Assembly: GCF_006345805.1 (NCBI RefSeq)
Contig: NC_043000.1
Location: forward strand, 47,864,001-47,928,000
Length of the DNA: 64,000 nt
Reading direction: 5' to 3'
From: Octopus sinensis
Taxonomy: Eukaryota
Shown: positions 1 to 12,690 of the stretch, piece after piece
How the letters are laid out: every line of letters begins with the position of its first letter
Numbering within the stretch: position 1 is the first letter of the stretch
The notes under the pieces: model-generated
Seen by the model: only the letters and a program-made list of their open reading frames with translations
Told to the model about the DNA's origin: nothing
Databases searched by the model: none
Made by a program: the position numbers and the translations under genes

Positions 1-967
1 TCGCGACAGAAGCACAATTCGTTTTTTTAAATATTGCTTTTAAAGTTTACATACAAAGCTGTATACATATTGTTATAATACAGGGGGGAATCCTGATGTT
101 GATTCTGTTCTAATGTTATCATGCATATATTATTATAAACTAAGTTGGATCTTTCCATTAGCCACCTTTTACATTATATAAGAAATATAGAGGTACATCT
201 CTAGATTTGTAAGACACATACATCAACATATGCCAAGCACAAACTCAAACAAATATTGCACATACTCAAGCGACGTTCATGATTATGTGTGAGTCTGCAA
301 GTATGTGATTGAATCTATGTGTATGTTAGTGCATATGTGTGTGTGTGTGTGAGTATTGATAAAAGAAATCGCATGAAATATGTAAGAGATTTGTAAATTC
401 AGATTTCTGAAATACACTGACAAAAAAAAAATTGGATTAACCTTCTGTTATTCTTTCATATTTCTTCAATATGATATGAGTTAATATGCGGTATGTGAAT
501 GTATGTAGGAATATATAAATACTCAAATACACACAAACATTTATACATATGTGTGTATATGTATGTATGCACATATGCATTATGTAAGTTTGTAAATATT
601 GATTGATATGTGTGTGTGTTCGGAGTTTATTCATGCTATGACTAGACGAAATCTCCCAGTAGGGATGCTGAAAATCTAAAACAACAAACAAGGGAGATAA
701 TTTCGATAAAATCAGCTAACTGAAGTTTCTGAAAAAGAAAAATGATTTTTTGCTAGCTAGGTCTATTACAAATCAAACTTGCATGTTGCTTTCATCAAAG
801 ATATGTTCCCCTCTCACTCACTTTGTTATTACCGCACAAAATTTCAGTTGGTAGATTTTTCTGTACTTATTACAGGAAAGGAAGTATCTGCTTACATGTT
901 GCATATAGACTCCTGAAAAAGATATTTGTCGACTGTCAGTATGCGTAGACTCAGTTAATCAGAAACA

Positions 968-1349
968 TACTCTTTACTCATTTCAGTCATTTGACTGCAG
1001 CCACACTGGAGCATTGCCTTTTAGTCAAGCAAATCAACCCTAGGACTTATTCTTTGAAAGCCTAGTACTTATTCTATCAGTCTCTTTTGCTAAACCGCTA
1101 AGTTATGGGGACGTAAGCACATCACCATGTTAGGGGGACAAACACAGACACACAAACATACACACACACACATATACATATATACGACGGGCTTCTTTCA
1201 GTTTCCGTCTACCAAATCCACTCACAAGACTTTTATCGGCCCGAGGCCATAGTAGAAGACACTTGCCCAAGGTGCCACACAGTGGGACCGAACCCGGAAC
1301 CATGTGGTTGATAAGCAAGCTACTTACCACAGATCCACTCCTGTGCCTA
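968..1349 (-). mobile_element. tRNA-derived SINE family A (CORE-like, internal CA/TA microsatellite)
   Basis: Reverse complement of the ~400-bp repeat GGCGCAGGAGTGGCTGTGTGG..GGTTCAGTCCC (A/B boxes)..CTTGGGCAAGTGTCTTC..GACTGAAACAAGTAAAAGAGTA, seen more than 10 times in the window. Confidence 0.85.
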
Positions 1350-1457
1350 CATATATATATATTTAATAAATGTTGTTAATCATGAATAAATTCATTTGTG
1401 TGAGGGTTTATTTCCAGTACAAAATTTCAGTCCACCACTGTAATAATAATACTAATA

Positions 1458-2280
1458 ATCCTTTCTTCTATAAGCACAAGGCCTGAAATTTTGAGGGATG
1501 GGGTTAGCTAATTACATCAACCTCAGTGTTCATTTGCTACTTATTTTAGTGACTCCTGAATGGATATGAAGCAAAGTCAACTTCAGTGAAATTTGAACTC
1601 AGAACATAGAAGCAGAGGAAATGCCACTAATTATTTTGTTCAGTGTGCTAATGATTCTGCCAACTTAATAATAATGGTAAAAAATAATAATATTAATAAA
1701 GATATCAATCCAGAAATGAGGGAAAGGTAAAGTCAACCTCACCAGAATTTGAACTCAGAACGTAAAAGATTTGGAAGAAATGCTGCTAAGAATTTTATTT
1801 CATTCTTTTTTTTTTTTTTGGTTTGGTTTGGTAACAATTCTGCCAGCCTTTCACCTTACTACTACTGATGCTGCTACTACTGATGGACTCACCCATCAAA
1901 GACGACATATGAGTATTCAGTTGGCTTCCAATTTTGAGACAAGACCAGTAATTTCAGTGGCGGGATGGGGGTAAATCAATTACATTGACCCAAGCGCTCA
2001 GCTGGTACTTATTTTATCACCAACAAAGGATATAAAATAAAGTCAACCTCAGCATGATTTGAACTCAGAAGTTAAAGATTCGGAATAGATACTACAAAAA
2101 CATTTTTTTCTGTTGCTCTAAAAATATTGCTAATTTGCTGACTTTAATAATAGTTCCTTATTTAAGCACAAAGCCAGCAGTTTCAAGAGGCAACAATTTG
2201 TTGATTATAGCAACCAAAGTACTTGATTGTATTTTGTTCTATTGACCCTCAAAGAATCAAAGGCAATGTTGAACTCAAAG
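1458..2280 (-). mobile_element. cluster of 3-4 degenerate SINE family B copies
   Basis: Repeated AAAGTCAACCTC..ATTTGAACTCAGAA motifs at ~1573, ~1730, ~2040 and ~2265. Confidence 0.6.
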
Positions 2281-2694
2281 GATTCTTGCAGGAGGGACTT
2301 ATTTTTGATTGGTGATGTATTTTAGTAAAATTAAAGTATAACACATTTTGACATTTATACCTTTTTCATATGGTATTAACAAAGAGATGAATTACACTAG
2401 TGTTAGTCAAGAATTGAAACAAGGATGCAGTTTTAGTTTCTAGGGAAACATTTTCAACCTACTTTCTTTCCCCAATGAATTGCAATTTTTTTTTTTTTTT
2501 GTTTTGCATTGCAAAGTTGTAGAACATCATAAATACCTTTCATTGAATAAATACTATTCATATTTACAATGTCACAATTATGAAAACAGAATGGAAATGA
2601 GGTTGAAGGAATTAGAAACTTTATTTCTATCTATATAGGTATTCTTTCTGTCTTTCATTCATTCAAGATAACGTGTGTGTGTTTGTGTCAGTGT

Positions 2695-2730
<36 letters not shown>

Positions 2731-3130
2731 ATATATAATTCTTTACTTCTTATTTTGATGTCCATAATTTGAAATTGGAAAACTTACAAAGTAAATGAAT
2801 AATTCAAATAATTTGAAATTCTAGTTTATTCCCAAGTTACTTAATGTCACCCAATTATTCACTGAAAAAAAATTCTAAGGAATTGGGTTAGATATATTTA
2901 ATCAAAGAAGTCAGCAGAATATAACATCCCATATATATAAAAAAGAAAGGAAACTGTTAAGTTTTCCATTTCTCAATCGACATTTTATTTCAAATGTTTT
3001 GTATAGTTTTAGTTACCAGAAGGACCCATGGAAATTCCCCATTCACAAAATATTTTTATTTTTATTATATTTTTACATGAAAATTTATAAATCTTTTAAA
3101 CATTGTTTTAGTAAGTTAAAGACATGTTTT

Positions 3131-3470
3131 AGTAAGAAGTAGGCTTCCCAACCACATGGTTCCAGGTTCAGTTCCACTGTGGGATACCTAGGGCAAGTGT
3201 CTTCTACTATAATCCTCAGCCAACCAAAGACTTATGAGTGGATTTGGTTGATGAAAACTGAAAGAAGCCCTCGCATGTGTGCATGTGTGTGTCTTTGAAC
3301 CTGTGTTTGCCCCACTCCACTGCTCGACAACCAGTGTTAGTATGTTTATGTCCCTATAATTTAGCATTTCAGCAAAATAAATTGATAGGGTAAGTACCAG
3401 GCTAAAAATTCTACACGGTAGTGCCCCAACATGGCCACAGTCAAATAACTGAAACAAGTAAACAATAAAA
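3131..3470 (+). mobile_element. SINE family A
   Basis: CCAACCACATGGTTCCAGGTTCAGTTCC..GGGCAAGTGTCTTC..TGAAACAAGTAAA. Confidence 0.8.
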
Positions 3471-3484
3471 GATAAATTTTGGCA

Positions 3485-3672
3485 ACACAGACACAAAGAC
3501 ACACACACACATATAAACAACAGGCTTCTTTTAAGTTTCCATCTATCAAATACACTCACCAGAATTTGGTCAGCTTGAGGCTATTGTAGAAGACACTTGC
3601 TGAAGTTGCAATGCAGTGAAACTGAACCTGGAGTCATGTCATCCAGAAGCAAACATTTTACCACACAGCTGT
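3485..3672 (-). mobile_element. SINE family A, 5' half, inverted relative to preceding copy
   Basis: GGCTTCTTT..TAGAAGACACTTGC..TTACCACACAGC. Confidence 0.75.
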
Positions 3673-4212
3673 GTCTTGGAATTTATTTCAAAAATTGGTG
3701 ACAACTTACACTATAAATTCCAAGTAATCTTGCCATTATGTTAACAGTTACGGAAGTTTCCGAGAAAAGTAAAAACTGTCATAAATAATGGCATATGATT
3801 TCCATATGTGACTGGTGTAACTGTAGACAACGCAATCATTGTCTACATACAATAAGTGTTGTCATATTTTTCAAGGCAGTTTCAGTAACAATAATGCTTT
3901 ATGACAACATACCTATAACCTGTAGACATCTACTCAGGAATCTCAAGATTCAGTCTCAGAAATAATATTGTAAATATTTTCAAAGAGTTTGTTAGTATTG
4001 ATGCATACTGACAAATGACTAACAGACTGATTGATACCTTTTCTTTCTTCCTTATTTTTTTTTTTCTTCTTTCTTCATTTATTCCTGTCTGAGATTTGTA
4101 GTAAAATAATTTGAGAGGTGATAACGAGCTGTACTGAAAGATGGATTTAAAAAATATCATCTCAAATGTGTGCAGATATGGTTGTGTGTTTAAGAAGTTC
4201 ACTTTCAAACCA

Positions 4213-4375
4213 GGCACAGGTGTGGCTGTGTAGTAAGAAGCCTGTTTCCCAATCACATGTTTCTGGGTTCAGTCTCACTGTATGGCACCTTAGGCTGGTG
4301 TCTTCAACTATATCCTCAGGCCGACCACAGACTTGTGAGTAGATTTGGTAGATGGAAACTAAAAGAAGCCCTTCC

Positions 4376-4411
<36 letters not shown>

Positions 4412-4700
4412 TGTATGTATGTATGTATGTATGTATGTATGTATATATGTATGTATGTATGTGTGTGTATATGCATATATTTGTGTTTGTGTCTGTGTTT
4501 GTTCCCCCACCATCTCTTGACAACTGATGTTGGTGTGTTTGTGTCCCTGTAAATTAGTGGTTCAGCCTAAAGGCCAATAGAATAAATACTAGGCTTACAA
4601 AGAATAAGTCCTGGGGTTGATTTCTTTGACTAAAACCCCTTAAGGTGGTGCTCTAGCATGGCCACAGTCAAATGACTTAAACAAGTAAAAGGATAAAAGG
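4213..4700 (+). mobile_element. SINE family A with internal (TATG)n
   Basis: Full head-to-tail match to the other copies. Confidence 0.85.
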
Positions 4701-4726
4701 ATATGATTTTGATTTCCATCCCACTA

Positions 4727-5996
4727 CAGGGTGTTTGAGTTAAATTTGGAAAGTTGGTATTAAAGAAAACACTTCAGCCCATCTAAAAATAAAAGAATTT
4801 TTTAAATATAGATATATATATATATCTACTAGATTATGGCTGGCAGATAACAGTTTACTCAAAGTACCTACCCTCAGCGTCCACCATGGCTTCAAGATGT
4901 TTAGTCTTTTACTTGTTTCAGTCATTTGACTGTGGCCAAGCTGGAGCACTGCCTTTAGTTGGGCAAATTCTTTGTAAGCCTAGTACTTATTCTATCGGTC
5001 ACTTTTGCCAAACCGCTAAGTTACGGGGATGTAAACACACCAGCATCGGTTGTCAAGTGATATTGGGGGGACAAACACAGACACACAAACATATACACAC
5101 ACAGACATATACACACACATATATATATATATATATACATATATACAACGGGCCTCTTTCAGTTTCCATCTACCAAATCCACCCACAAGGCTTTGCTCGG
5201 CCCGAGGCTATAGTAGTGCCATATAGTGGGAATGAACCCAGAACTATGTGGTTCGTTAGCAAGCTACTTACCACACAGCCACTCCAGGCACCTTATGCAT
5301 ACATTTCTCATTCTGGTTCTGGAACGATCTCGAAACATTTCCTTAGTATTGGCCTTGGTGTTGCAGGCAGAGCAGTTGGTGTCTTTCTGAACTGAGAGCA
5401 ATCCATGGGATTATATGTGAAGGAATTAAGAAGCCAGAAATTAGGGCTGGTGAAATCATAGTACTTCTCTAACAACCACTTATCACTCTTTCTGAAGATA
5501 TGGCAAGGAGCAGAATCCTACTGCCACACATATGGCCTTCCAGTAGCAGCTCTCTCTAGCCAGGGATTGACCACAATCAACAGCAGCTTCACACTGCTGT
5601 TTGAATTTGAGCTCAAGGCTCTGTTAAAAAAATGTGGGGATGAATTGCAGTGAGCACGCTCAGGTCATAAAGCCTGCTGTGTCCCTTCCTGGTGCCCACA
5701 GCTCCATAGTCTCAGCTACAGCTGTCCATGTCATGTCTTACAGCTTTTATAGTATTCACAGAGCATTGAGCTACAGTCATGATGTCAGCATTTTGATGCG
5801 TGGCATGAATTATCGTGATACAGGTAGCTATTTTCCAACACTCAGATGGCTTTCAGTCATCCTTATCAGCTAATATTTTTTCAACTACGATTTTAATCTC
5901 TATGTTTTTTAACATCATTGACTGTTCATAAATGCATCAAACTTTTCCTGAAAGAAGGTAACGTAAAAAATAATCAAATTTTGCTCAAACACTCAG
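4727..5996 (-). mobile_element. Tc1/mariner-superfamily (maT/DD37D-like) transposon remnant
   Basis: TA-flanked TIRs CAGGGTGTTTGAGTTAAATTT / AAATTTTGCTCAAACACTCAG; minus strand reads PYVWQ*DSAPCHIFRKSDKWLLEKYYDFTSPNFWLLNSFTYNPMD (~5400-5540) and C-terminal HLEAMVDAEGRYFE* (~4855-4900). Confidence 0.8.
4904..5292 (-). mobile_element. SINE family A nested in the Tc1/mariner remnant
   Basis: Interrupts the transposase C-terminus; full SINE A sequence. Confidence 0.85.
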
Positions 5997-6104
5997 TACA
6001 TGGCATTTTGAGTGTCTTCTACTAAATTCCATGATCAAGTCAAGCCTTATGAATGAATTTAGTAGATGGAAACTCATTTGAAACCTATTCTGTATGTGTG
6101 TGTG

Positions 6105-6318
6105 TGGCCGTTTGCCAGCCTCCTCTGGCCCCTGTGCCAGGGGCACGTAAAAAGCACCCACTACACTCATAAAGTGGTTGGCGTTAGGAAGGGCATCCAG
6201 CTGTAGAGGCACTACTAGATCAGACTGGAGCCTGGTGCAGCCTCTTGGCTTACCAGATGCCAGTCGAACCATCCAACCCATGCTAGCATGGAAAGCGGAC
6301 GTTAAACGATGATGATGA
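6105..6318 (+). mobile_element. 5'-truncated RTE LINE 3' end with (GAT)n tail
   Basis: GGCACGTAAAAAGCACCCACTACACTC..GGCGTTAGGAAGGGCATCCAGC..CCATGCTAGCATGG..(GAT)n; same sequence as the 3' UTR attached to the RT at 16282-18222. Confidence 0.85.
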
Positions 6319-6666
6319 TATATATATATATATATATATATACTGTCAATGTATCATATATCCAAATAAGAAGCAATCTCTTAAAGTATATAGCAGTAAA
6401 GTATTAAAGCACATTAATATATGTGTATAAAAAGGGTGCGAAATAGCACCAACGATTCCTAAAAATAAGAGTCAAAATTAACTCTAAAAGCCACAAAAAA
6501 ACACTAACTGCAGTATCTTTATGTATTGATTATATATATATGTCTATATATATATATTGGATACTTTATACAAAAATCACTTTAGAGCAAAGTTCTTTAG
6601 ACCATAGCACATTAGACTGAAGTGTTTTTGATGGAAAGTCCTAGATTCAGATATATATAGATATAC

Positions 6667-6740
<74 letters not shown>

Positions 6741-6838
6741 GGTTCAAATTAATGTAAAAACCAAAAAACAAATGACAGAGATAGGTGAAGGAATAACAAA
6801 AAGTTGTATTAGATTGATGTTCACAAAAAATGGAAGAG

Positions 6839-6873
6839 TCTGACATTTCAAGATTACACCCTTCTACAGAAAG
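6839..6873 (-). ncRNA. degenerate minimal hammerhead-like motif (CUGUAGA core) in a TA-embedded Penelope-type insert (6740-6910)
   Basis: Minus strand: UUU-CUGUAGA-AGGGUGUAAUCUU-GAAAU-GUC-AGA; same family as 18682 and 46110. Confidence 0.4.
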
Positions 6874-6941
6874 GAATGAGGAGACAAAACAAAAGGATAG
6901 AGGGAGAAATATATACATATATCTATGTTTTTATGTATATA

Positions 6942-7650
6942 CGGAGTGTTCCAAAAGTCCCTAATGGGTTTCAAGTTTTAATGAGTTCCTTAACTTCTCA
7001 AATAAAGGTATGAAATTTTGATACAATATAAAGGACATAATGGAAATAAATATGCACAAGTGAAATTACATATGTAAAAGGACAATGCTTAAATGGCAGC
7101 CATTTTAGGCTTCACCTGCCTGTGCTCTTTCCAAAACTTGCACCGTTACACCCTCAAGAGTTTCAAACCCCACTTCTCTGATTTCTCAGTTGATGTTCTC
7201 ATTCAATTGCACCAGAGTCTCTGGTTTGTTCATGTAAACCCTCTCTTTTAGGTATCCATGAGTGACACCTCTTTGTGCCCGGCCATTCAAAGTAAACCTC
7301 ACACATGGTTCCAGCAAGATGGAGCAACTGCTCATACCGCAAGAGAAACAATGCAGTTGCTTTGGCAGTGCTTTGGAGAGAGAATAATCTCCTACTCTGG
7401 CAATGTCAACTGGCGTTCAAAATCTCTAGACTTGACTAGCACGGATTTTTTCTAGTGGGAAAACCAAAAATGGCTGCCATTTAAGTGATATCATTTTTCA
7501 TATATGATGTAATCGTGTTGCAAAATTTGACTCGTGCGTATTAACTTCCATTATGTCCTTTATATTGTTTCAAAATTGCATGCATTTATTTGTAAACTTA
7601 GGGAACTCATTAAAAAAGTGAAACCCATCTGTGACTTTAAGGGCATCCTG
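6942..7650. mobile_element. rearranged Tc1/mariner-superfamily element with ~170-bp inverted ends
   Basis: Inverted ends 6942-7110 / 7465-7650; + strand WFQQDGATAHTARETMQLL..NWRSKSLDLTSTDFF*WG (7303-7460); minus strand GYLKERVYMNKPETL..NGCHL (7257-7090). Confidence 0.8.
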
Positions 7651-7659
7651 TGTATATAA

Positions 7660-7696
<37 letters not shown>

Positions 7697-7697
<1 letters not shown>

Positions 7698-8001
7698 ACC
7701 GTGATCACCATGGTCACCATGACTGATCAGGCTATCAGATGTTGTTACACATCACTGGTCACAATGCACTTCGCATTGCTTTAGCCTTCATATGACGCCA
7801 CCCTGCTGGCTAAGCAAGCAGGCCAACAGAAGAAAGAGTGAGAGAAAGTTGTGGCGAAAGAGTACAGCACGGATCGCCACCACCCCCTGCTGGAGCTTCG
7901 TGGAGCTTTAGGTGTTTTCGCTCAATAAACACTCACAACGCCCAGTCTGGGAATTGAAACCACGATCCTATGACCGCGAGTCCGCTGCTATTGCGCCTCC
8001 G
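7697..8001 (-). mobile_element. tRNA-derived SINE family D (tail type 1)
   Basis: Reverse complement of the copy at 49677-49970. Confidence 0.8.
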
Positions 8002-8275
8002 CACATACACACACACACATATATATATATGTACGTATGTATGTATAAATAGAAGAATTATGAGTTAGGATCATGTAACCATCTAAGGGATAAATATATC
8101 CATACTGGTGCATTACCTAACTATGTATAGGCCTTGCTGTAAGGTTAACAGTAGTTGGTAATTTAAGGTAAACCATGGTTTGATATATTCAGATAAGATA
8201 AGAGAAGAAATGGATCAACAAGTAGCAATTAGAAGTTGATCATTAGTACTGAATGATCATAGTTTAATTATGGTT

Positions 8276-8640
8276 AAGAAAGCACCGTCCGTTCGTGGCC
8301 GTTTGCCAGCTCTGTCTGGCCCCGTGTCGGTGGCACGTAAAAGCACCATCCGTTCGTGTCCGTTGCCAGCTTCGGCTGGCCCCCGTGCCGGTGACACATA
8401 AAAGCACCGTCCGTTCGTGGCCGTTTGCCAGCTCTGTCTGGCACCTGTGCAGGTGGCACGTAAAAAACACCCACTACACTCGCGGAGTGGTTGGCATTAG
8501 GAAGGGCATCCAGCCATAGAAACACTGCCAGATCTGACTGGGCCTGACGAAGTCTTCCAGCTTCACAGACCCCAGTTGACCCGTCCAACCCATGCTAGCA
8601 TGGAAAGCAGACGCTAAATGATGATGATGATGATGATGAT
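8276..8640 (+). mobile_element. RTE LINE 3' end with three ~61-bp internal repeats and (GAT)n tail
   Basis: AAAGCACCRTCCGTTCGTGGCC unit repeated at ~8279, ~8340 and ~8401. Confidence 0.85.
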
Positions 8641-8642
8641 AA

Positions 8643-8719
8643 CATTTACAGCTGTTTCTGTTTGCTGTTTTTTAGGTAAACTTGTGTTTATCTCATTCCA
8701 TATAACAAACATCAGAATG
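8643..8719 (-). ncRNA. hammerhead-like motif with long stem II (degenerate core)
   Basis: Minus strand: CAUU-CUGAUG-UUUG...CAAACA-GAAACAGCUGUA-AAUG; palindromic stem III ACAGCUGU; A9 missing. Confidence 0.4.
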
Positions 8720-8934
8720 ATTTGAACTTTACCAAAGAAATATTGAGAGGAGAAAGAATGTTGACAGGAGTAAAAAGGAAAATAGAAAAGGAAAGGAAGC
8801 AGGAAAAAGGAAAAGGTTCATTAGGCCTTTAGGTTTACATTTTTGCATCCTAAAGATGATGGCCCATGTGTGTACAGTTCCTTCAAGTATATATATATTT
8901 ATATATACACATACATATTATATATACATATATA

Positions 8935-9097
8935 GGCGCAGGAGTGGCTGTGTGGTAAGTAGCTTGCTAACCAACCACATGGTTCCGGGTTCAGTCCAAC
9001 TGCGTGGCATCTTGGGCAAGTGTCTTCTGCTATAGCCCCGGGCCAACCAATGCCTTGTGAGTGGATTTGGTACACGGAAACTGAAAGAAGCCTGTCG

Positions 9098-9134
<37 letters not shown>

Positions 9135-9355
9135 ATGTTTGTGTGTCTGTGTTTGTCCCCCTAGCATTGCTTGACAACCGATGCTGGTGTGTTTACGTCC
9201 CCGTCACTTAGCGGTTCAGCAAAAGAGACCAATAGAATAAGTACTGGGCTTACAAAGAATAAGTCCCGGGGTCGATTTTGCTCGACTAAAGGGCGGTGCT
9301 CCAGCATGGCCGCAGTCAAATGACTGAAACAAGTAAAAGAGTAAAGAGTAAAGAG
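8935..9355 (+). mobile_element. SINE family A, apparently young copy
   Basis: CpG-retaining full-length copy ending in (AAGAGTA)n. Confidence 0.9.
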
Positions 9356-9944
9356 TGTATACATACATACATATCCAAGGTGCAATTGCTTCATCCTGCT
9401 TCGTTTTGTTAAACACTGTAAGTATTACATCAGTTTTAAAATGTCAAGCAATCTTCAGCCACATATAGAATTTTTAATTAAACGGACAATGCTTACAGTG
9501 TTTAATGGGATGAAGTGGCATGAGGCGATTGCACTACACTACTTTGGATGTCCTTGTTGCTTATTTTGATTATAATCACCCCATTTGATTTATATGGATT
9601 ATATGGAAAATCAAACCATCCTTTAAGGGATGTTTGCATCCTAGTTCTTTGGTTTATACCAGTATTCAGTGAAAACTAAATGCTTCAGTTTTGCATTGAT
9701 GTATATTGGTATTTAAATATTTATGAATAAGAAAAAGGAAGAATATGCAGAAATTGATGTATAGACATCAGCTTTTTCAAAGATATTCCAATTAATATAA
9801 TGGCTGTAGGGATAAAAATTTCGTTTTATATTAAATGGAATATTTTTGAAAACTGGTGTTTATATATCAATTTCTCCATTTTCTTCTTTTTTCTCATTCA
9901 TATATATATATATATTATAAATTATATATGTATATATATATAAT

Positions 9945-9987
<43 letters not shown>

Positions 9988-10063
9988 ATATATATATATT
10001 ATATAATATATATATATTATATATTATATATATATATAATATAAATAATATATATATATGCAT

Positions 10064-10104
<41 letters not shown>

Positions 10105-10107
<3 letters not shown>

Positions 10108-10369
10108 TATGTATGTATGTATGCTTACATGGGTACAGGACGTCACCAACACAAGACAATATAAAATACGAAAAAAAATGAGTTAAATACGCAAAAAACG
10201 AGAGAAAAAATGGAAAACAAGGCAAGCAATATAAAGAATACAAAGAACGATCCTTCATTAGTTGTTGGCTGTCTACTCCCCATTTTGAGCAACCAATGGC
10301 ATGAGTCTTCGAAGACAGTTGCTCCCATAAATACCAAAATCCAAAATAAAATGTTGGATTTATCTATTC

Positions 10370-10414
<45 letters not shown>

Positions 10415-10460
10415 TGTGTTGTGTGTATGTGTGTATATATATATATATAATATATATTAT

Positions 10461-10513
<53 letters not shown>

Positions 10514-10554
10514 TTATATATTATATATATATATATATAAATAATATATATATA

Positions 10555-10610
<56 letters not shown>

Positions 10611-10890
10611 TATGTATGTATGTATGCTTACATGGGTACAGGACGTCACCAACACAAGACAATATAAAATACGAAAAAAAATGAGTTAAATACGCAAAAA
10701 ACGAGAGAAAAAATGGAAAACAAGGCAAGCAATATAAAGAATACAAAGAACGATCCTTCATTAGTTGTTGGCTGTCTACTCCCCATTTTGAGCAACCAAT
10801 GGCATGAGTCTTCGAAGACAGTTGCTCCCATAAATACCAAAATCCAAAATAAAATGTTGGATTTATCTATTCATATGTGTGTGTGTGTGT
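10105..10890. repeat. 503-bp-period tandem duplication of a ~270-bp TA-embedded insert plus microsatellite
   Basis: 10105-10390 matches 10608-10890; duplicated ORFs in the track are offset by 503. Confidence 0.9.
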
Positions 10891-11227
10891 GTATGTGTGT
10901 GTGTTTGTGTGTGTGTATGTGTGTATATATATATATGCACATGCATATATAATATACATGGACATATATATTTATATAATATATATGCATATACATGCAC
11001 ACACACACACAAATATGTGTCTTTGTATTTAGCTCTCATAAGCAGCCCTGGTTTTTGTGCATCCACTGTTCATCAAAAGTGGCTGATGGAATAACAGATT
11101 TACACCGCCTGTTAATTTCATTGACTAAACACTTCAAGTTAATGTTTTGGCATGGTTGCTGTCTGATGACTGAAACAACCAGGAGAATTAAAGAATAAAA
11201 GAATTAATTGGAATTTGTCTCTTAATT

Positions 11228-11259
<32 letters not shown>

Positions 11260-11889
11260 AGCATTAATTGTTAGCAACATTCGAAGTCTAAGGATTGATA
11301 ATTTTCAAGAAATTATGAATTAATTTCCCCGAATTAATTTTTCATGAAAAGAAGCCTGATCTCTACAAACAGGCAACGAGACAACTGTGGAGATATTTTC
11401 ATATAACTAGCACAATAAATATCAAACCTCCTTTAGGTAAGCACTGACAACTGTAAGGAATGTAAGGACTTTATGTTTTTCTCAGTACTTCTGTATGCGA
11501 GAATGATGAAATGAATTAGATTCAGTGGGACTTAATATATAATTTAGGATTCTGTAGGCTTCTATTTGACTACAATACTAGGGTTTAAATTGTCATACTA
11601 CATCATCATCACCATCTACATCATCGTCGTCTTCATTGCCACCATCTTAACATGCAGGTTTTCATGTTTCGTTCGAGCCAATTTTATATAGTTGGATATC
11701 CTTCCATCTGCAGACCCTCACTTATTTCCAAGCAAGGTAATACTTCCTTATGACTGGGCATGTTGTCATAGAAAACTAAAAATAAATCATACAACTTTTA
11801 TGATGGTGATAATCATTTACAACTATAATGTGATGTAGTCAAGATGTGGAGGCACGAGCAAACCCCATATATATATATATATATATGCC

Positions 11890-12104
11890 AGACCCCCCTG
11901 GCACCTGTGCAGGTGGCACGTAAAAAGCACCCACTACACTTGTGGAGTGGTTGGTGTTAGGAAGGGCATCCAGCTGTAGAAACACTGCCAGATCAGACTG
12001 GAGCCTGGCGCAGCCCTGGCTTCCCAGACCCCGGTCGAACCGTCCAACCCATGCTAGCGCAGAAAACGGATATTTAAACGATGATGATGATGATGATGAT
12101 GATG
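11890..12104 (+). mobile_element. RTE LINE 3' end
   Basis: Same 3' UTR and (GAT)n tail. Confidence 0.85.
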
Positions 12105-12159
12105 ATATATATATATATATATATATGTGTGTGTATGTATGTACATGTTCTATGTTTCT

Positions 12160-12690
12160 GTACAAGGTTGTGGAAAACGTTCAAGTGCCATGATAATATA
12201 ATGATATTTTATGCAAGAATTTATTCAAAAACAACAACTATTCTTCAAAATAAAGAGCATCATTTTCCACAACCTTCTGCTAACGATCTGCAAGCTTTCG
12301 ATTTAGATCAAAGTACCAATCCTTCGGTTTTGAATCGGAAAATTCTTGACAGGCTTCTTCAACTTCATCAAATGACCCAAGTCGGCAACTTTTCATAAAG
12401 TGCAGCATTGATCAGAAGAGACCGTGGTCAGATGGGGCAACATCTGGACTATAGGCTTGATGCAGCAGAACTTCCACACTGTCCAGTTCTTCAATCTTGT
12501 TACTGATCTCTTCTGGTGGTATGCAGCTTTGCATTGTCTTCTTGAAACAAGGCGTGTTTTTGACAAACAACTCTTGGGTACTTTTCAATCAGCACATCAA
12601 AAACTCGATCAAGTTGCTCACAGTAAAGTTCAGCATTGTGGCACGACCATTTGGCACAAGTTTGGCACAAAAACTTTTTCCTCAACCCAA
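12160..12690 (-). pseudogene. mariner (DD34D) transposase C-terminal remnant
   Basis: Minus strand LFQEDNAKLH.. and VEVLLHQAYSPDVAPSDHGLF (HPPYSPDLAPSD motif). Confidence 0.75.

Noticed and set aside
8276-8470. ~61-bp repeats as a CRISPR-like array
   Set aside because: Units are tandem with homologous rather than unique intervening sequence, and belong to the RTE 3' UTR
8935-9010. tRNA genes at SINE heads
   Set aside because: A/B boxes are present but continue into SINE bodies; no complete cloverleaf evident
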